NCBI GenBank assembly: GCA_052426225.1 | Contig: JBNJNM010000007.1 | Span: 620,001-684,000 of the forward strand | Direction of reading: 5' to 3' | Length of the DNA stretch: 64,000 nucleotides | From: Zancudomyces culisetae HAW-14-8 | Taxonomy: Eukaryota > Fungi > Kickxellomycota | In this document: in pieces, positions 52,397 through 64,000 of the stretch | Position numbering within the stretch: position 1 is the stretch's first letter | How the letters are laid out: every line of letters begins with the position of its first letter | Position numbers and translations under genes: made by a program | Notes under the pieces: generated by a model | Seen by the model: the letters and a program-made list of their open reading frames with translations, nothing else | Database searches by the model: none | Told to the model about the DNA's origin: nothing

Positions 52397-53923
52397 ATGC
52401 TTCCTCATCAGTATACACATATATTCGTCCTTGGGACAATATTCGCATTCTGTGATGCGTTTGGAATCGGGGCTAACGATGTAGCAAACAGTTTTGCCAC
52501 ATCGGTAAGTTCAGGCACTTTGTCACTCAAACAGGCATGTCTTATTGCGGTTTTTACCGAATTTCTCGGCGCACTTTTGCTGGGATCAAACACAGCTGAA
52601 ACAATCAGAGGAGGAATCGTCAAGCTCGAGTACTTTAATGGAAGACCAGACCTTCTGATGTTGGGTATGATGACTTCAATAGCTGGTTCAGCCGCCTGGG
52701 TAATCTTTGCAACCAGCCAAGGATGGCCAATTTCAAGTACACATTCAATTACAGGAGCTGTTTTGGGTATGGGTGTTGCTGCATTTGGAAAGGATGCCGT
52801 GACCTGGAAATGGCCCGGTGTCGCTAGAATAGTTACAAGTTGGTTTACATCACCAGTTATTGCAGCTATAGTTGCTTCAATCCTGTTTCTGACAACCAAA
52901 TACACTGTTCTTCGAAGCGAAAACAGTTTCAGAAGAGGTCTCATAGCCATTCCATTTTACTTTTTCCTGGCGTTCTTTGTCAACCTCCTATTTATTATTA
53001 CTAATGGTACTCCAGGAAAAGGTGGTGGAAAACTGCCATTTGGAAAAGTTGCTTGGATCTCAGCACTGGCCAGTCTCGGAATAGCCATTTACTCATACGT
53101 TTTCTACTCTAAGTGGTTGGAACGGAAGATTTTGAACAACGAAAACCTGAGATGGTATCATATTCCTGTAATTCCATTCCTTGGACACAGACCAATGCCT
53201 GAAGTTGTAGCTGGAGATGTTGAAAACCAAAAGGCCCAGGAAGAGGGTGACTTAGAGATTGCCGAACAGGGTTCAGCAAAGAAGAGCATCTTCAAAAAGG
53301 CTAAGGATAAGTTGTTCCATGGTGTAAACAAAGACGTTAGAAACTTGAATAACGAAAAACTCACTGACATCCACGATCGTGCTGAAAAGTACGACGACGA
53401 AACCGAAAGACTGTTCAACTTTATTCAGGTTCTCTCCGCATGTACTGCCTCATTCGCCCATGGTTCCAATGATGTTGCAAACGCCGTTGGTCCATACGCA
53501 AGTATATTTGAGATCTGGAACAATGCTGAAATTCCCGGTCCAAAGAGTCCAGTTCCCATCTGGGTTTTGGCCTTCGGAGGATTTGGAATTGACTGTGGTC
53601 TAGTCCTATATGGTTATCACATCATGAGAGCTCTTGGAAACAATATCACCTATACCACACCCAGTAGAGGTTTCTGTGCTGAATTGGGAACCTCCCTTAC
53701 CGTTGTAGGTGCATCAAAGCTTGGTTTGCCTGTATCAACAACTCATTGTATTACTGGTGCCATGGCAGGTGTAGGTCTTTGCAATGGTGATATCCATGCT
53801 GTAAACTGGAAAATGTATGCTTACTGCTTCTTCTCTTGGATCATGACTCTGCCTGCTGCTGGATTGCTTTCTGGTTTGTTCTTTGCTCTTATAGCTTATT
53901 CACCAGAGAAAGTTCACGTATAA
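52397..53923 (+). CDS. PHO89: Sodium/phosphate symporter, PiT family
   Basis: Twin PiT signatures GIGANDVANSFATS and FAHGSNDVANAVGP, plus PISSTHS and PVSTTHC. ATG at 52397. Confidence 0.95.
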   Translation: MLPHQYTHIFVLGTIFAFCDAFGIGANDVANSFATSVSSGTLSLKQACLIAVFTEFLGALLLGSNTAETIRGGIVKLEYFNGRPDLLMLGMMTSIAGSAAWVIFATSQGWPISSTHSITGAVLGMGVAAFGKDAVTWKWPGVARIVTSWFTSPVIAAIVASILFLTTKYTVLRSENSFRRGLIAIPFYFFLAFFVNLLFIITNGTPGKGGGKLPFGKVAWISALASLGIAIYSYVFYSKWLERKILNNENLRWYHIPVIPFLGHRPMPEVVAGDVENQKAQEEGDLEIAEQGSAKKSIFKKAKDKLFHGVNKDVRNLNNEKLTDIHDRAEKYDDETERLFNFIQVLSACTASFAHGSNDVANAVGPYASIFEIWNNAEIPGPKSPVPIWVLAFGGFGIDCGLVLYGYHIMRALGNNITYTTPSRGFCAELGTSLTVVGASKLGLPVSTTHCITGAMAGVGLCNGDIHAVNWKMYAYCFFSWIMTLPAAGLLSGLFFALIAYSPEKVHV

Positions 53924-55067
53924 TTGAACATTTGTAGTATTTTTGATTATTATTGTTATTATTTTGCTATTATTTTTCTATTACCTATTTTACTTGAACA
54001 GTATTAATCACTTTTTAAAGTTGAATAAACACCATCATCGCACTAATATCCATGAAATTTATAGAATGATAATATGTAATCGATGTTTCAAGCTTTTCAC
54101 TTGATTTCATTAGGATGTTGTTGGTGGATAGGCCAAATAAGTAAGCCTTGGTTAGCGAATCACGAATCACGAATATCGCTATGTTAGTAATGAGTCGAGT
54201 GTTATATAGGGGACATAGGAGAAACTAATTAGCATTTTATTTTATTATTTTATTTTTATTTTTTTGACATTTATCAAACAAATTCACTCAGAAAAATAAA
54301 ACGTCTGCTTTCATGATGGAGAAATGAGGAGCCGGTTAATTGGGTATTATCTGGAATGTCTTTTCTAATTTTTATGTCATATTTCTAATTTATTTATCAT
54401 GATGAAAATTTTTAATTTCAATGTTGATGGTCTAAAATGAGCGAGCAAACACATGCCGAGTCATCTGTTTTATGTTTGATCTACATTCCTTATCCTTTAA
54501 TTACAATATCTATAATTATTTGAACAGCCATATGATTTTATAGCAAAATTATCTCCAATTAGACGAATTATGCTGCTATGCTATTGGATTTGGCTTTATG
54601 TTTTTTTTTAGATTTATAAAAATCTGTTAGAAAATAAAAATCTCCTAAAAAAAAAAACGAACTATAATCTAAACCCAGCTTATTCCCCCCCCCCTCGACT
54701 TTCGAGGGTCTTTGTTCCGAAGGTCATTGGTTCGAGGCAATTGGATTTAGAAACTTTTGTTCGAATTGTTAGATGCGTTTGTAATTTGAATTTTTGTCCA
54801 AGTTGTTTTGTGTTACATGTGAATTGGGAGCATCAAAATAGTAACAAATAACAGATTACCTTGATAATACCAGTTATTTGACTTTTCTTTAATCTATGAT
54901 AACCCCTTGAAACTGGGAGTTGCATTGTGAAAGTATTCTCAAATTTACATATAAACCTTATAAAAGCCCACGATCCAAATCGTCAGAACGGATAGATTCT
55001 TTTTTCTAGAAATAATACACTCACGTCTCAATTAACATTGCAAAATACAACACAGCACTCACTCAAC

Positions 55068-56525
55068 ATGGTGGATAAAGAAAAAGGGCCTTCCAATGAC
55101 AATTATGCTTCCGAAAAGGATGATAATGTAAACAGAAATTTCGTACTAACGGAAAACGAACAAAGCATCTTAAAAAAAGCTCTCAGAAAGATTGATTTTA
55201 GAGTATTTCCCATTATGTACTTGCTATACCTTGCCGGAGCTATGGATAGAGGAAATGTTGGTGCTGCATTGATTAATGGTATGAGAACAAGTTTGAAACT
55301 TACTTCAGTTGATGAAGGCAGCCTCAATTCAATGTTCTTTATCACATATGTATCCATGGAGCCGTTTTCAAACATTCTTCTTAAAAGACTCAGACCATCC
55401 ATCTGGTTTCCATTCTTAGGAATATCATGGTCAATTACATGTATGTGCATTGCAGCTGCACAAAATGCAGTACAAGCTATTCTTATTAGGGTGTTATTGG
55501 GTGCTTTTGAAGCTGGCTTCACGCCAGGTCTTATTACATATATGGGTTATTGGTACACACGTGAGGAGCTGGGGCCCAGAATGTCCATAATGTTTTCAGC
55601 GCTTCCTGCTTCTGGTATAATGAACTTGCTATATGGAGCCATTGTACTGATTAAACTCGGAAGCTTAAAACCCTATCAAGTCATATTTGTAATCGCAGGA
55701 TTGCTAACGCTCATAATAGGCATAATATCAATATTTGTTATAAAGGATTACCCTGAAACAGCAAAGTTTTTGACTCCAGAGGAAAAAGACGTTGTTGTGA
55801 AAAGGCTAGTTTCAAGCCAAGGAAGTGCTCAAAAGGCAGTAATTACGCTAAAAACAATTATTTCCACCATTCTTGATTGGAAAGTATGGGCATTCTGTAT
55901 TATAGGAACAGCAAAGAATAACACAATAATTATAATCGGATTCATTGGGCCAACTATTATAAAGTCCCTTGGATTTTCAAGCACAACCTCAACCCTCTTA
56001 TCCAGTGGTCCTGCTATAATTGGAACTGTGAGCACATTGGCGTGTGCATTCTTAATCTCTAAATACCCATATTGGATAAGACTGCTTATACTTGACCTGA
56101 TGTCCGTTATTTGTTTTACGGTTGTTGCTTTTGCCAAAAACAGAGATTTGAGGCTTGCATTCGTATTTATACTTGGTACTTCAATGTATTCTTCTATCCC
56201 TATATCTATGAGCTGGATGTCTGTGAACTCAGGTAGTACTCAAAAACGAGCCATTAAATCGGCATTTTATGCAATGGTTGGATCTACAGCGGGGATATTC
56301 AGCCCGTTTCTTTTTACACCAAGCTATGCACCAAAATATACAATTGGATTTGCTGTAGCTTTCGCTTTATACGGGTGTTCTATTGTGTTAACCATTATTC
56401 TGAGAATTCATCTAGACCGAGCAAACAAATATAGACAGAATAATCCAAAGGACGTATCACACTTGTCTACCGAGGAACAGAGAGACCTTCACGATCTTCA
56501 CCCGGATTTTAGATACATTTTGTAA
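55068..56525 (+). CDS. MFS permease of the anion:cation symporter family (Tna1/Dal5-like)
   Basis: RKIDFRVFP, MDRGNVG, RVLLGAFEAGFTPG, YWYTREELGPR, DYPETAKFLT, and C-terminal DLHPDFRYIL. Confidence 0.92.
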   Translation: MVDKEKGPSNDNYASEKDDNVNRNFVLTENEQSILKKALRKIDFRVFPIMYLLYLAGAMDRGNVGAALINGMRTSLKLTSVDEGSLNSMFFITYVSMEPFSNILLKRLRPSIWFPFLGISWSITCMCIAAAQNAVQAILIRVLLGAFEAGFTPGLITYMGYWYTREELGPRMSIMFSALPASGIMNLLYGAIVLIKLGSLKPYQVIFVIAGLLTLIIGIISIFVIKDYPETAKFLTPEEKDVVVKRLVSSQGSAQKAVITLKTIISTILDWKVWAFCIIGTAKNNTIIIIGFIGPTIIKSLGFSSTTSTLLSSGPAIIGTVSTLACAFLISKYPYWIRLLILDLMSVICFTVVAFAKNRDLRLAFVFILGTSMYSSIPISMSWMSVNSGSTQKRAIKSAFYAMVGSTAGIFSPFLFTPSYAPKYTIGFAVAFALYGCSIVLTIILRIHLDRANKYRQNNPKDVSHLSTEEQRDLHDLHPDFRYIL

Positions 56526-56739
56526 TGCTGTGATATATGGACTGCGTACACTATCATATTTTTTATTTAAATCTCAAAAGGTACAGCGATTATTTTAATC
56601 TTACTTTGTAATGCGTATTTTTGAAAGTTTGTGTTCTTATAAATGTTTAAATGATAGCCAAAAAGTTAGCGAGTTAATTTATAAATAAATTGGTATCATT
56701 TTATACTGTCATAATGTCACTTAATATAAAATTGTTATG

Positions 56740-57330
56740 GGGCAAAGCTACCAGATAACACCATTTAATGATAACTAGAGTACTTTCAAAACCATTTGAA
56801 TTTTGTAAGGCGGGACATAATTCCACATAGTACATTCAATATATAGGGAGTTGAGCACAATTTATTAAGGTAAAGACAAATTTTACCTCAAGTGATAAAT
56901 AGATTACCAGGTTTACTTTTTGCAGACGATTTGGCTGCGTTGACAGAAAAATAATACAAAATGGGGCTACCACTTAGTAATATAGTAACAGGGCTGAAAA
57001 ATTTGAAATGTCTGTAAACACTAAAAAGTGTGGGGCGATGACGACTATTACAGCTAAAATTTATTTCAATTCAAAATTCAAAGTAACAATATTCCTTCTG
57101 TTGAGAGATATACCTAGGTCTATCCTTGCTGATAAATGGGAATCGTCAGAAATAGTAAAGAGTAACATGAAAAAGATTGAAAAACTATTTACGGGTCTTC
57201 ATCCTTAAAAATAATAGTATACCAATTCTCATAAATGCAGATTTGTAAAATCAGGTTTGCCACTGATGGAAAAGATAAGGATAAGGATTTTTGTTTGAAA
57301 GGGAATGACCAGGACAGTTTCTCTACTTTA
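56740..57330 (+). mobile_element. Degenerate non-LTR retrotransposon reverse-transcriptase fragment
   Basis: RLPGLLFADDLAAL (RT catalytic motif, about 56900-56945) followed by AEKFEMSVNTKKCGAM. Frameshifted. Confidence 0.75.
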
Positions 57331-60300
57331 AAGAGAGAAAGGCCGACAAGATATTTCTGAATGATCTATATCACAGTGACATTCTTAGATGGAGTCTGCT
57401 GCACCAAAATAACAATCTCAGTTTAACACAGAGCAGACAATACCCTTGAATCCATACATGATGAGTGTCAACTTCCTAGAAGGATGGAAAAAAATTGATT
57501 ATCATGAAATCTATTGTTTGCTGGAATGACCTTTCTAAAACCACCTCATGGCTTGTATTTATTGGTAACACAAAACTCGACTTTCCAATAATATTTAAAT
57601 TTGCTACTCGTACCAGTCGTTAATTATGGCTCTGTTTATAGGTTTATAATTAAATGTTTTGCATATCAAATCTTTTATAAATTTCATTTTCTTTCAGATA
57701 TTTCCGCTTATAATTCTTACTCTATGCTCTTATAAAATTTTTTGATAAAAATGCTATTATTAAAAACTATTACGCCAAACCCAAGTCCCTCTCTGCAAGG
57801 TCGATTCCTTCCTATATTTATAATGCTGTTAGGTCCCTTAGTATAAAGCTACGGAGTTTCTTTCAGAGAAAACCTTAACTGCCTAATGATATATATTAAT
57901 CTAAATGACTAATAGCTATATAAAAAATATGCGTATTCTCACACAGAATATGTATCCATATTCACTGTATCTATAGCATCCCCCTTCTTAAAAACTCTGA
58001 TCTAATTATAGTGGGGTTTTCTTCATTTCTGAGCAATGATCTACTACACGCCAGAAATTTCCTGGTTTTTTTTATTATAAAAGAATTTGTGTTAAAAGGA
58101 GGTTGTTTCGGTTGTTAGGCTGCCAATTCAGTCAATATTATAGTGGATTGCAGCATAAATAATCAGTAAGTTTAGCATTCATGAATATCTGCTAAAGTAG
58201 AATGTACCAATATTTATTTGTTGTTGTAAAGCAATGGAAAATTGAGAGAGCAGAAGGAAGCGGAGGAAGTGGTAAATTTTTCAAAAATATAGTAACGCAT
58301 ACTCGAAAATCCAAACATGCACTACCGAGACTCTATCTTGAGCATTGTGACTTTAAATCGCCCGGAATCGTTTACACAGTGTATTTTTGTTTGTTAATAT
58401 TGTATTTTACAGTGTTATAGCTTGATTTTAGCTGTACCATCAAGTCTTAATGATATATAAATTTTACAAAACAAGTTTATAGTAAAATGCATTTTTTTTA
58501 CTAGACTCAGCAAACTAAGCGATTATATTTCCAGCATTACCAAATATGATTTTGTCAATAATAACAAAAACAATCTTTTCAAGTAATAAAACCTCCTTAT
58601 CGAGCGGAATACGTATAATATATCTATATTTATATTTATACACACTAATATAATCTATCTACCTATGTTGTTAAATCAAATAAACCAGCTTACAAATATT
58701 CATAAAGCAGCGAAAGTAGAAATATTTTAGTTCCCTATTACAGATTGAAATGTTAAAATGTATTTTAAAGCAAGAAAACAAACAAACTTAAACAGAAAAA
58801 GGCAAAAAAGAAACAAAAAAACACCGACGAGGATCATGGCGTCACTTACTTATTTTAACACTGACATATCATATTATTAAAATTTAATAATAGTTTATTT
58901 AATATAAAACATACTCAGCTAAATAATTTAACACTCACCCCTATTATCATCAATAAACACTTGTGTGAATCGACTAACGTAGTCGCATTTCTGTAAAAAA
59001 CACTAATACATATTGTAATTGTCCTAAAATTCATCACAGGAGGAATTTCAATATGACAATAGTGACGTGGGAATCGTGCAGTTATCACACATTCCATATC
59101 TAGTGTCCATTTCTTTGAACTTTTTGCTCTTATTAAAGCCAGTTTTTTTCTGTCATTTTACATTTTGCTAGTAAATGTTTTTTGACAAGTAAATCGTTGA
59201 CAAATTAAATTTACACCATGGCGAGAGATTATAGTAACGTAATAAGTCAATCACTGTATTAGTGATTATACCTATCTTTTGCTTCCATAATTCCAGGTTA
59301 TGAAATACTTTCGGCCTTGAGGTAAACTGACAGAGTTTGAAATTTTGAAACTGAAAAGCAAAATCATTTTTTTTGGAGGAAGGTAGAGATGAAAAAACCG
59401 ACATTGGCCGTGTAAAATATGTATTGCGTTATCGGGGTTACCCCTCTAGTGTTGACCAGACTACTGTTGTCTAGGCTATGGTTAAAAAAAATATACAAGA
59501 AAGCAAAACATCGAGATGGCCAGTTTTCTACACACAACTTGGTTTTCAATTTTCTACTCACTCCACAATTGAAGTTTTCTTTCCAATTAGCTGAACGATG
59601 CCAGTAGAATCTCCATATTTTAGCTAGCCACAAAACCAACCGGTATTCTGAGTACTGCGTTTGAACCAAGACCTTTTCTTTCTAAGTTTGCTTTTGTTCT
59701 GGAATCTTAGGTCAAGTTCTCCCAAGTTGGTTTTGTTCTATTTTCACTTTTAAGTTGGGAATTCATCCAATTATCAAGCCTCATAGTCATGTTTAGAAGT
59801 TGACGGTACCAAACATTTAGAGTAAGTGATAAATGAATTATGTATCATACTATACTTGTTATTAGTAGTATCAATAAAAAAATGGCATGATCGGTCACTC
59901 ATCAGTGATATAGCATGAGTAACGTGTATTCTTACGTATCAGCAAATTAAATGTAAAAAGTGCTGCTCAGCCTTCTAAAAGCGTAGTTAGAATACATAGG
60001 CTGCCAGCTGGTACCACATGTCGACTCAAGTGTTAATATGCGTGGATAATGATAAGAACTCTATACTTATTCTACTATTTTCTGTGAAAATCTTATTTAA
60101 ATGCTCATATTTGCTACATTTGTTCCAATTCTCATAATTGATAATACTTTCACTATAGTTAATAAATATAATAAATTAATACTGAAAACATTTTTGCAAT
60201 AGGACCATAGCGTTATAAATTAAATTCTCGCGAGTAGATAAAGATACCCATTTTCTATTTATCTGTCAGAGTGCATATATTATAGTAACTAGATTATTTT

Positions 60301-60340
60301 TTAAACTGTAACACCACACAATAATACGAGAAAGAGAAGA

Positions 60341-60823
60341 ATGAACAAGATAGTTGAAATATTAGTATCGTTCCTAGTACTAGCTTGTACCGCTTATTCA
60401 CAGGATCCGATTCCTAATCTAGACACGAGTATGAACTGTTTTAGCAGTAGTTGCCAGTCAAACTACTGAGATTTTAGATGTATCGCTGATTATTTCAATG
60501 TAAACACCCCAAATTCTGAAGTACAGCAGCAAGTTGAAAGATGTTATAAGCTTTGTGGTGAAGGTCGGCAGTCAGACCAAGCTAGCTGTGTGAATGACTG
60601 TATGGTAGTGTTTTTTAAGCCTAATGGAGCAGTTGCAAATCAGGAAAAATCCACCAATAATAATGGGAATCTAAACAGCGAACCCATCATTTCAAATAGA
60701 GAGTCTAACCAGACAACCACAGCCACAACCGAGCAGAAGAGCGGAGCAACTTCCCTAAGAAATGCTGTTATTAGTGTCAGTAAATATGCTTTTGTGTATG
60801 TTTTTTTAACTTTTGTCTGCTAA
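60341..60823 (+). pseudogene. Secreted Cys-rich GPI-type protein interrupted by one in-frame TGA at 60467-60469 (pseudogene or recoded)
   Basis: Single frame: signal peptide MNKIVEILVSFLVLACTAYS, CFSSSCQSNY*DFRCIADYFNVNTP...CYKLC...SCVNDC, T/N stalk, hydrophobic tail. Confidence 0.7.
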
Positions 60824-60984
60824 GATACGAATAGATTTGTATTTTGAGATGACTGCTTGTGTTTATATGTTGTTTAGAGAATTTAGATGTAGTCAGTAAA
60901 TAAAAAGATAATTTCAAAAAAATTTGTGTGCTAATAAGCGTTTTTATAATTTTGTCTTGGTCAAGATGTTGTTTCCACATTTCG

Positions 60985-61965
60985 TTAACATAGAAAAAAA
61001 ATATTAATGAGCACAAAGATAAAGTTTACTGCTATAAGGGATGCCGAAACGGCACTTGATGGAACATCACTTGGATCAGATTGCGCGGTCAGAAGATCCT
61101 CTTCACTTAGATCCTCTTCACTTATCTTTGTTATATCTGATATCCACTTGAGATAATTGTATGAATGTACAAACACTGACACTCCACCGTTTGATCCGCA
61201 TATTGGTGCATTTTTTTCTATACCATTTCCATAACTTGTTATACCAATGAGTGTATTTACATTACCATGGCGATAAATTAGTGGGCCTCCGGAATCGCCT
61301 TTACACGTATCTTTATTTTCTTTAACGATTAAACATATCTGGGCATCAGAAACCCATTTAGGTATGCGATCTTTACAGATTTTTGAATCATTGTCAGCAA
61401 GTTCTACCTGTAGGAAAGAAGTAGGACCTTTTAAATCATCAGGGTCATTAAGCCCCCAACCAAGCGCAATTAGCTTCGTCTGTTTCTCTACATCTCTTTT
61501 GGAAATATTTATGGGTTTTGAAATTCGATCATTGAAGGGAGAAGATAACACGATTATTCCAATATCATGTATGTTATTAAAAATTTCATTCTTATAGTCC
61601 GGGTGAAGATGTATCGATTTGGCTTTCCTCATATTTTTGTTGAGGAAAATATTTTTTTTACTACCAGCAGATACATAAATTTTTTATGCTGAATAAGGGG
61701 CATGTATTTCTTCTTCATAAAGGCAATGCGCCGCTGTAAGCACCACATCCTTTGATAATAGTGACCCACCACAACTGTAACTCTTGCCTGACGCAGATAT
61801 TATCTGTATGCTTACCAAAAATGGAAAGTCCTCAATATTGGCTCCGTTTCCGTTTATTATTTTTAACAAGGGTTTTATGCTAGCTGTTTTGTCTCTGACA
61901 TCTGTGATTCCAAATGAGGTACTGGCTATTGATAATACTAGCACTATTAATGCTATGAATAACAT
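60985..61965 (-). pseudogene. Trypsin-like S1 serine protease with signal peptide and GPI/TM tail, interrupted by one in-frame TAA at 61684-61686
   Basis: IING, CGGSLL..VVLTAAHC, HDIGII, GDSGGPL. The two ORFs are in the same frame: PYSA*KIYVSAGSKKNIF. Confidence 0.8.
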
Positions 61966-62754
61966 CGAATGTTTATTTGGTATTGTTATTTCAAGTTCGT
62001 TAGGTTTCCACAACCACTATTGTTGGGTGTCTTCAGAGTAAAGAAAGTAACTCTGATAAACTACAGGTATACTTTTACCAAGGGGTGTAACTGTCTCAAA
62101 TAAATGATAAAACCAACTGGGCTGGTGAAGTAAGCCTTATATACTTTTTCTTTCTCTTTGAAAAATGTCATGGTTAGGTTAAAGGGTGCAAAAAAATGAG
62201 ATTTTATCCTATATACTATTTTTGCTCCATTTCATTACGGTTTTTTCTTTAAAGTTCATAAATGGAAGGTAGGATTTTTTCAATAACTAATAACACAAGA
62301 CATTTATGTACATAATTTTTTGGGAGGAGGAGAGGAGAGTGGAAATTTGTAAAGATGCGTTTAAATGTGGGCACTCCTTTGCTCTTTTTATAAAAAATCA
62401 GCCTACCACTAATATTATGTGTACATTACAGTTGAATATTAACAAACCAAGCCCCTTTATGTTTCCCTACTCCTGCTCCTGCTCCCCCCCAAAAAAAGAA
62501 TAAATTGCCTATTGAATAAGAATAAGCTGTACATCGAAGACATCTCAGGTTTGGGTGTTTAGTTCCAAAGCATCAAAATGAGAAATTTTTTAAAAAAAAA
62601 ACCTTATATCGATATTATTGGATACGGGATTTTATGAAATGCATAGTTTATATTCCAAAAAAAGGTTTATAAAAAAACTAGACGAAGCCCAGCCAAAGAT
62701 GCTTAGTGTTAATATACATATGTCAAAAGGTAGTTGGTAGGCGTGTTGGGGCTA

Positions 62755-63701
62755 CTAGATCTTTTTAGATAGATCGATTACTCGCTTGAGACCCAACAGC
62801 CATTTACTTTCTCCTTCAAAAGTGTTTAACATTGTCTTCTTATGTATCGATATTGCGCCCTCGTGGTTTCGAGATTGAATTTCTATAGGGAATACGATGC
62901 TTTTAGTTATGGTGCATTAAAAAATGTAAGTGTATATGAAACCAATGATATTTTACCTTGGGCAATGCTAGACAGCGATGAAACGAGTGATGGGTCTAAA
63001 TCTTTAATCCTTTGTTCTAAAATTTCGATTCTCTTCCTAGTGTCCTGTACAGTTTTCTTTTGGATCTATTCAAAAATTAAACATACAAGTATTATTTAAA
63101 ACTTTAGAATATTGCTAGCATGCAGGTATGAATGTATGGGATGATAACTTACTGGTGTTTCTTGTGGAGTTTCGTTCAGCACCGAGTAAAAGACTTCTAG
63201 TATTCTTCCTGGCGAAAGTGTGTCTTTATTAACAGGGGATACCGAAGAATTTTAGTTTGTTTCTTGCTGAGGCAAAAGATTACTCAGCGCCTGGAAATTG
63301 ACGGTAGGTGGCTCCTGTTTCTTTTGCAAGGTGATAGGAGGACCGTTAAGGGTTGTTCCCATTGTAGGACTGGGTCCATTGAGCTCGGCCTTCCTTTCGC
63401 CATTCGACTCAGTGCTTGCACCTGAATTTATGTAGCTTGGAAGGGCACGTGAATTGTGCTTTGAAACCGAGGAGCCCTGCTGAGGCCTTGACGATGCTAC
63501 TACTCTGTCGCCTGTAGTTCGAGAAAACACATTTTTGGGGGGATCGTTCCAGTGACCTTTACTTGCGTGGCCTGTACCAGTAAAGTTAAAATACCCGCCA
63601 TTTATGGCTTGGTTGGGGAATGCGAGCTTAGCTGGAGTTATTGTGGGAGTAGTAAAGGCTAATTCCGAATTTTGGCACTGATTGTCTTCTGTTTGATTCA
63701 T
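62755..63701 (-). CDS. SRA1/Sec31-C-terminal domain protein (SRAP-like), multi-exon; in-frame TAA at 63252-63254 or a 60-nt intron
   Basis: N-terminal GHWNDPP motif. Spliced C-terminus QKKTVQDTRKRIEILEQR...IQSRNHEGAISIHKK..ESKWLLGLKRVI. Confidence 0.7.
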
Positions 63702-64000
63702 TTTCGCAGAGCTTCTTTACTTTGCTGTTATAGCGCGTGTTTTTTTTGTTTTCTTTATACGGCGAATAACAATTTGGCTCTGTTTTTATGCAATTAGTTT
63801 GTTAGGAATATAATGTATGAAAATCGGCTTGCTCGAAGAATAAGATGGACCAGAATTTTGTTCTAAAAAAGAAGCTACAATGATTGCCTATGGAATGATT
63901 CTTTCTACGTTCTCGATACTTTTTGCCTCTGTAGATATGCGATTTGGCTCTACAAGGGTGTGGAATGCTGTTTTTTAAAGATATAAGGCTACACACGCAA

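Noticed and set aside
59270-59820. Possible spliced gene relic on the minus strand with several TAA/TAG stops
   Set aside because: No recognisable family, the acceptor choice is ambiguous and changes the frame, and the stop density is compatible with chance.
1-64000. Genome-wide TAA/TAG to Gln code change
   Set aside because: GET2, GYP1, FANCD2, IF2, VPS35, PHO89 and the MFS gene all end at TAA, and TAF13, GMF and TMA20 end at TAG, at their expected C-termini.
1-64000. CRISPR arrays, rRNA genes or prokaryotic operons
   Set aside because: None seen. The repeats are microsatellites without spacers, and the genes carry spliceosomal introns.

Overview
AT-rich, intron-rich eukaryotic nuclear DNA. 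The short GT-AG introns and gene set suggest an early-diverging fungus; Zoopagomycota/Harpellales is my inference and is not proven. About 21 protein genes can be reconstructed by hand-splicing: an RCC1-repeat protein, two paralogous Kre9-like GPI proteins, GET2, GMF, TAF13, TMA20/MCT-1, GYP1/TBC1D22, FANCD2, mitochondrial IF2, an SPX-RING E3 ligase, VPS35, a WDR44-like protein, BET2, NDUFC2, PHO89/PiT, an MFS permease, two small secreted GPI proteins, a trypsin, an SRA1-domain protein and one uncharacterised membrane protein. Also present are the 3' half of a tRNA and three decayed LINE fragments. The main observations are: (1) three consecutive genes at 60.3-63.7 kb each carry one in-frame stop with no frameshift, including a TGA in a Cys-rich secreted protein; (2) ten Pho4-type CACGTK boxes lie upstream of the phosphate transporter; (3) G/C strand skew flips in the middle of genes regardless of transcription direction, together with widespread hexamer-repeat expansions; (4) a full FANCD2 retains its ubiquitination lysine; (5) mitochondrial IF2 has a prion-like N-terminal extension. 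All family calls come from motifs I recognised, not from database searches.
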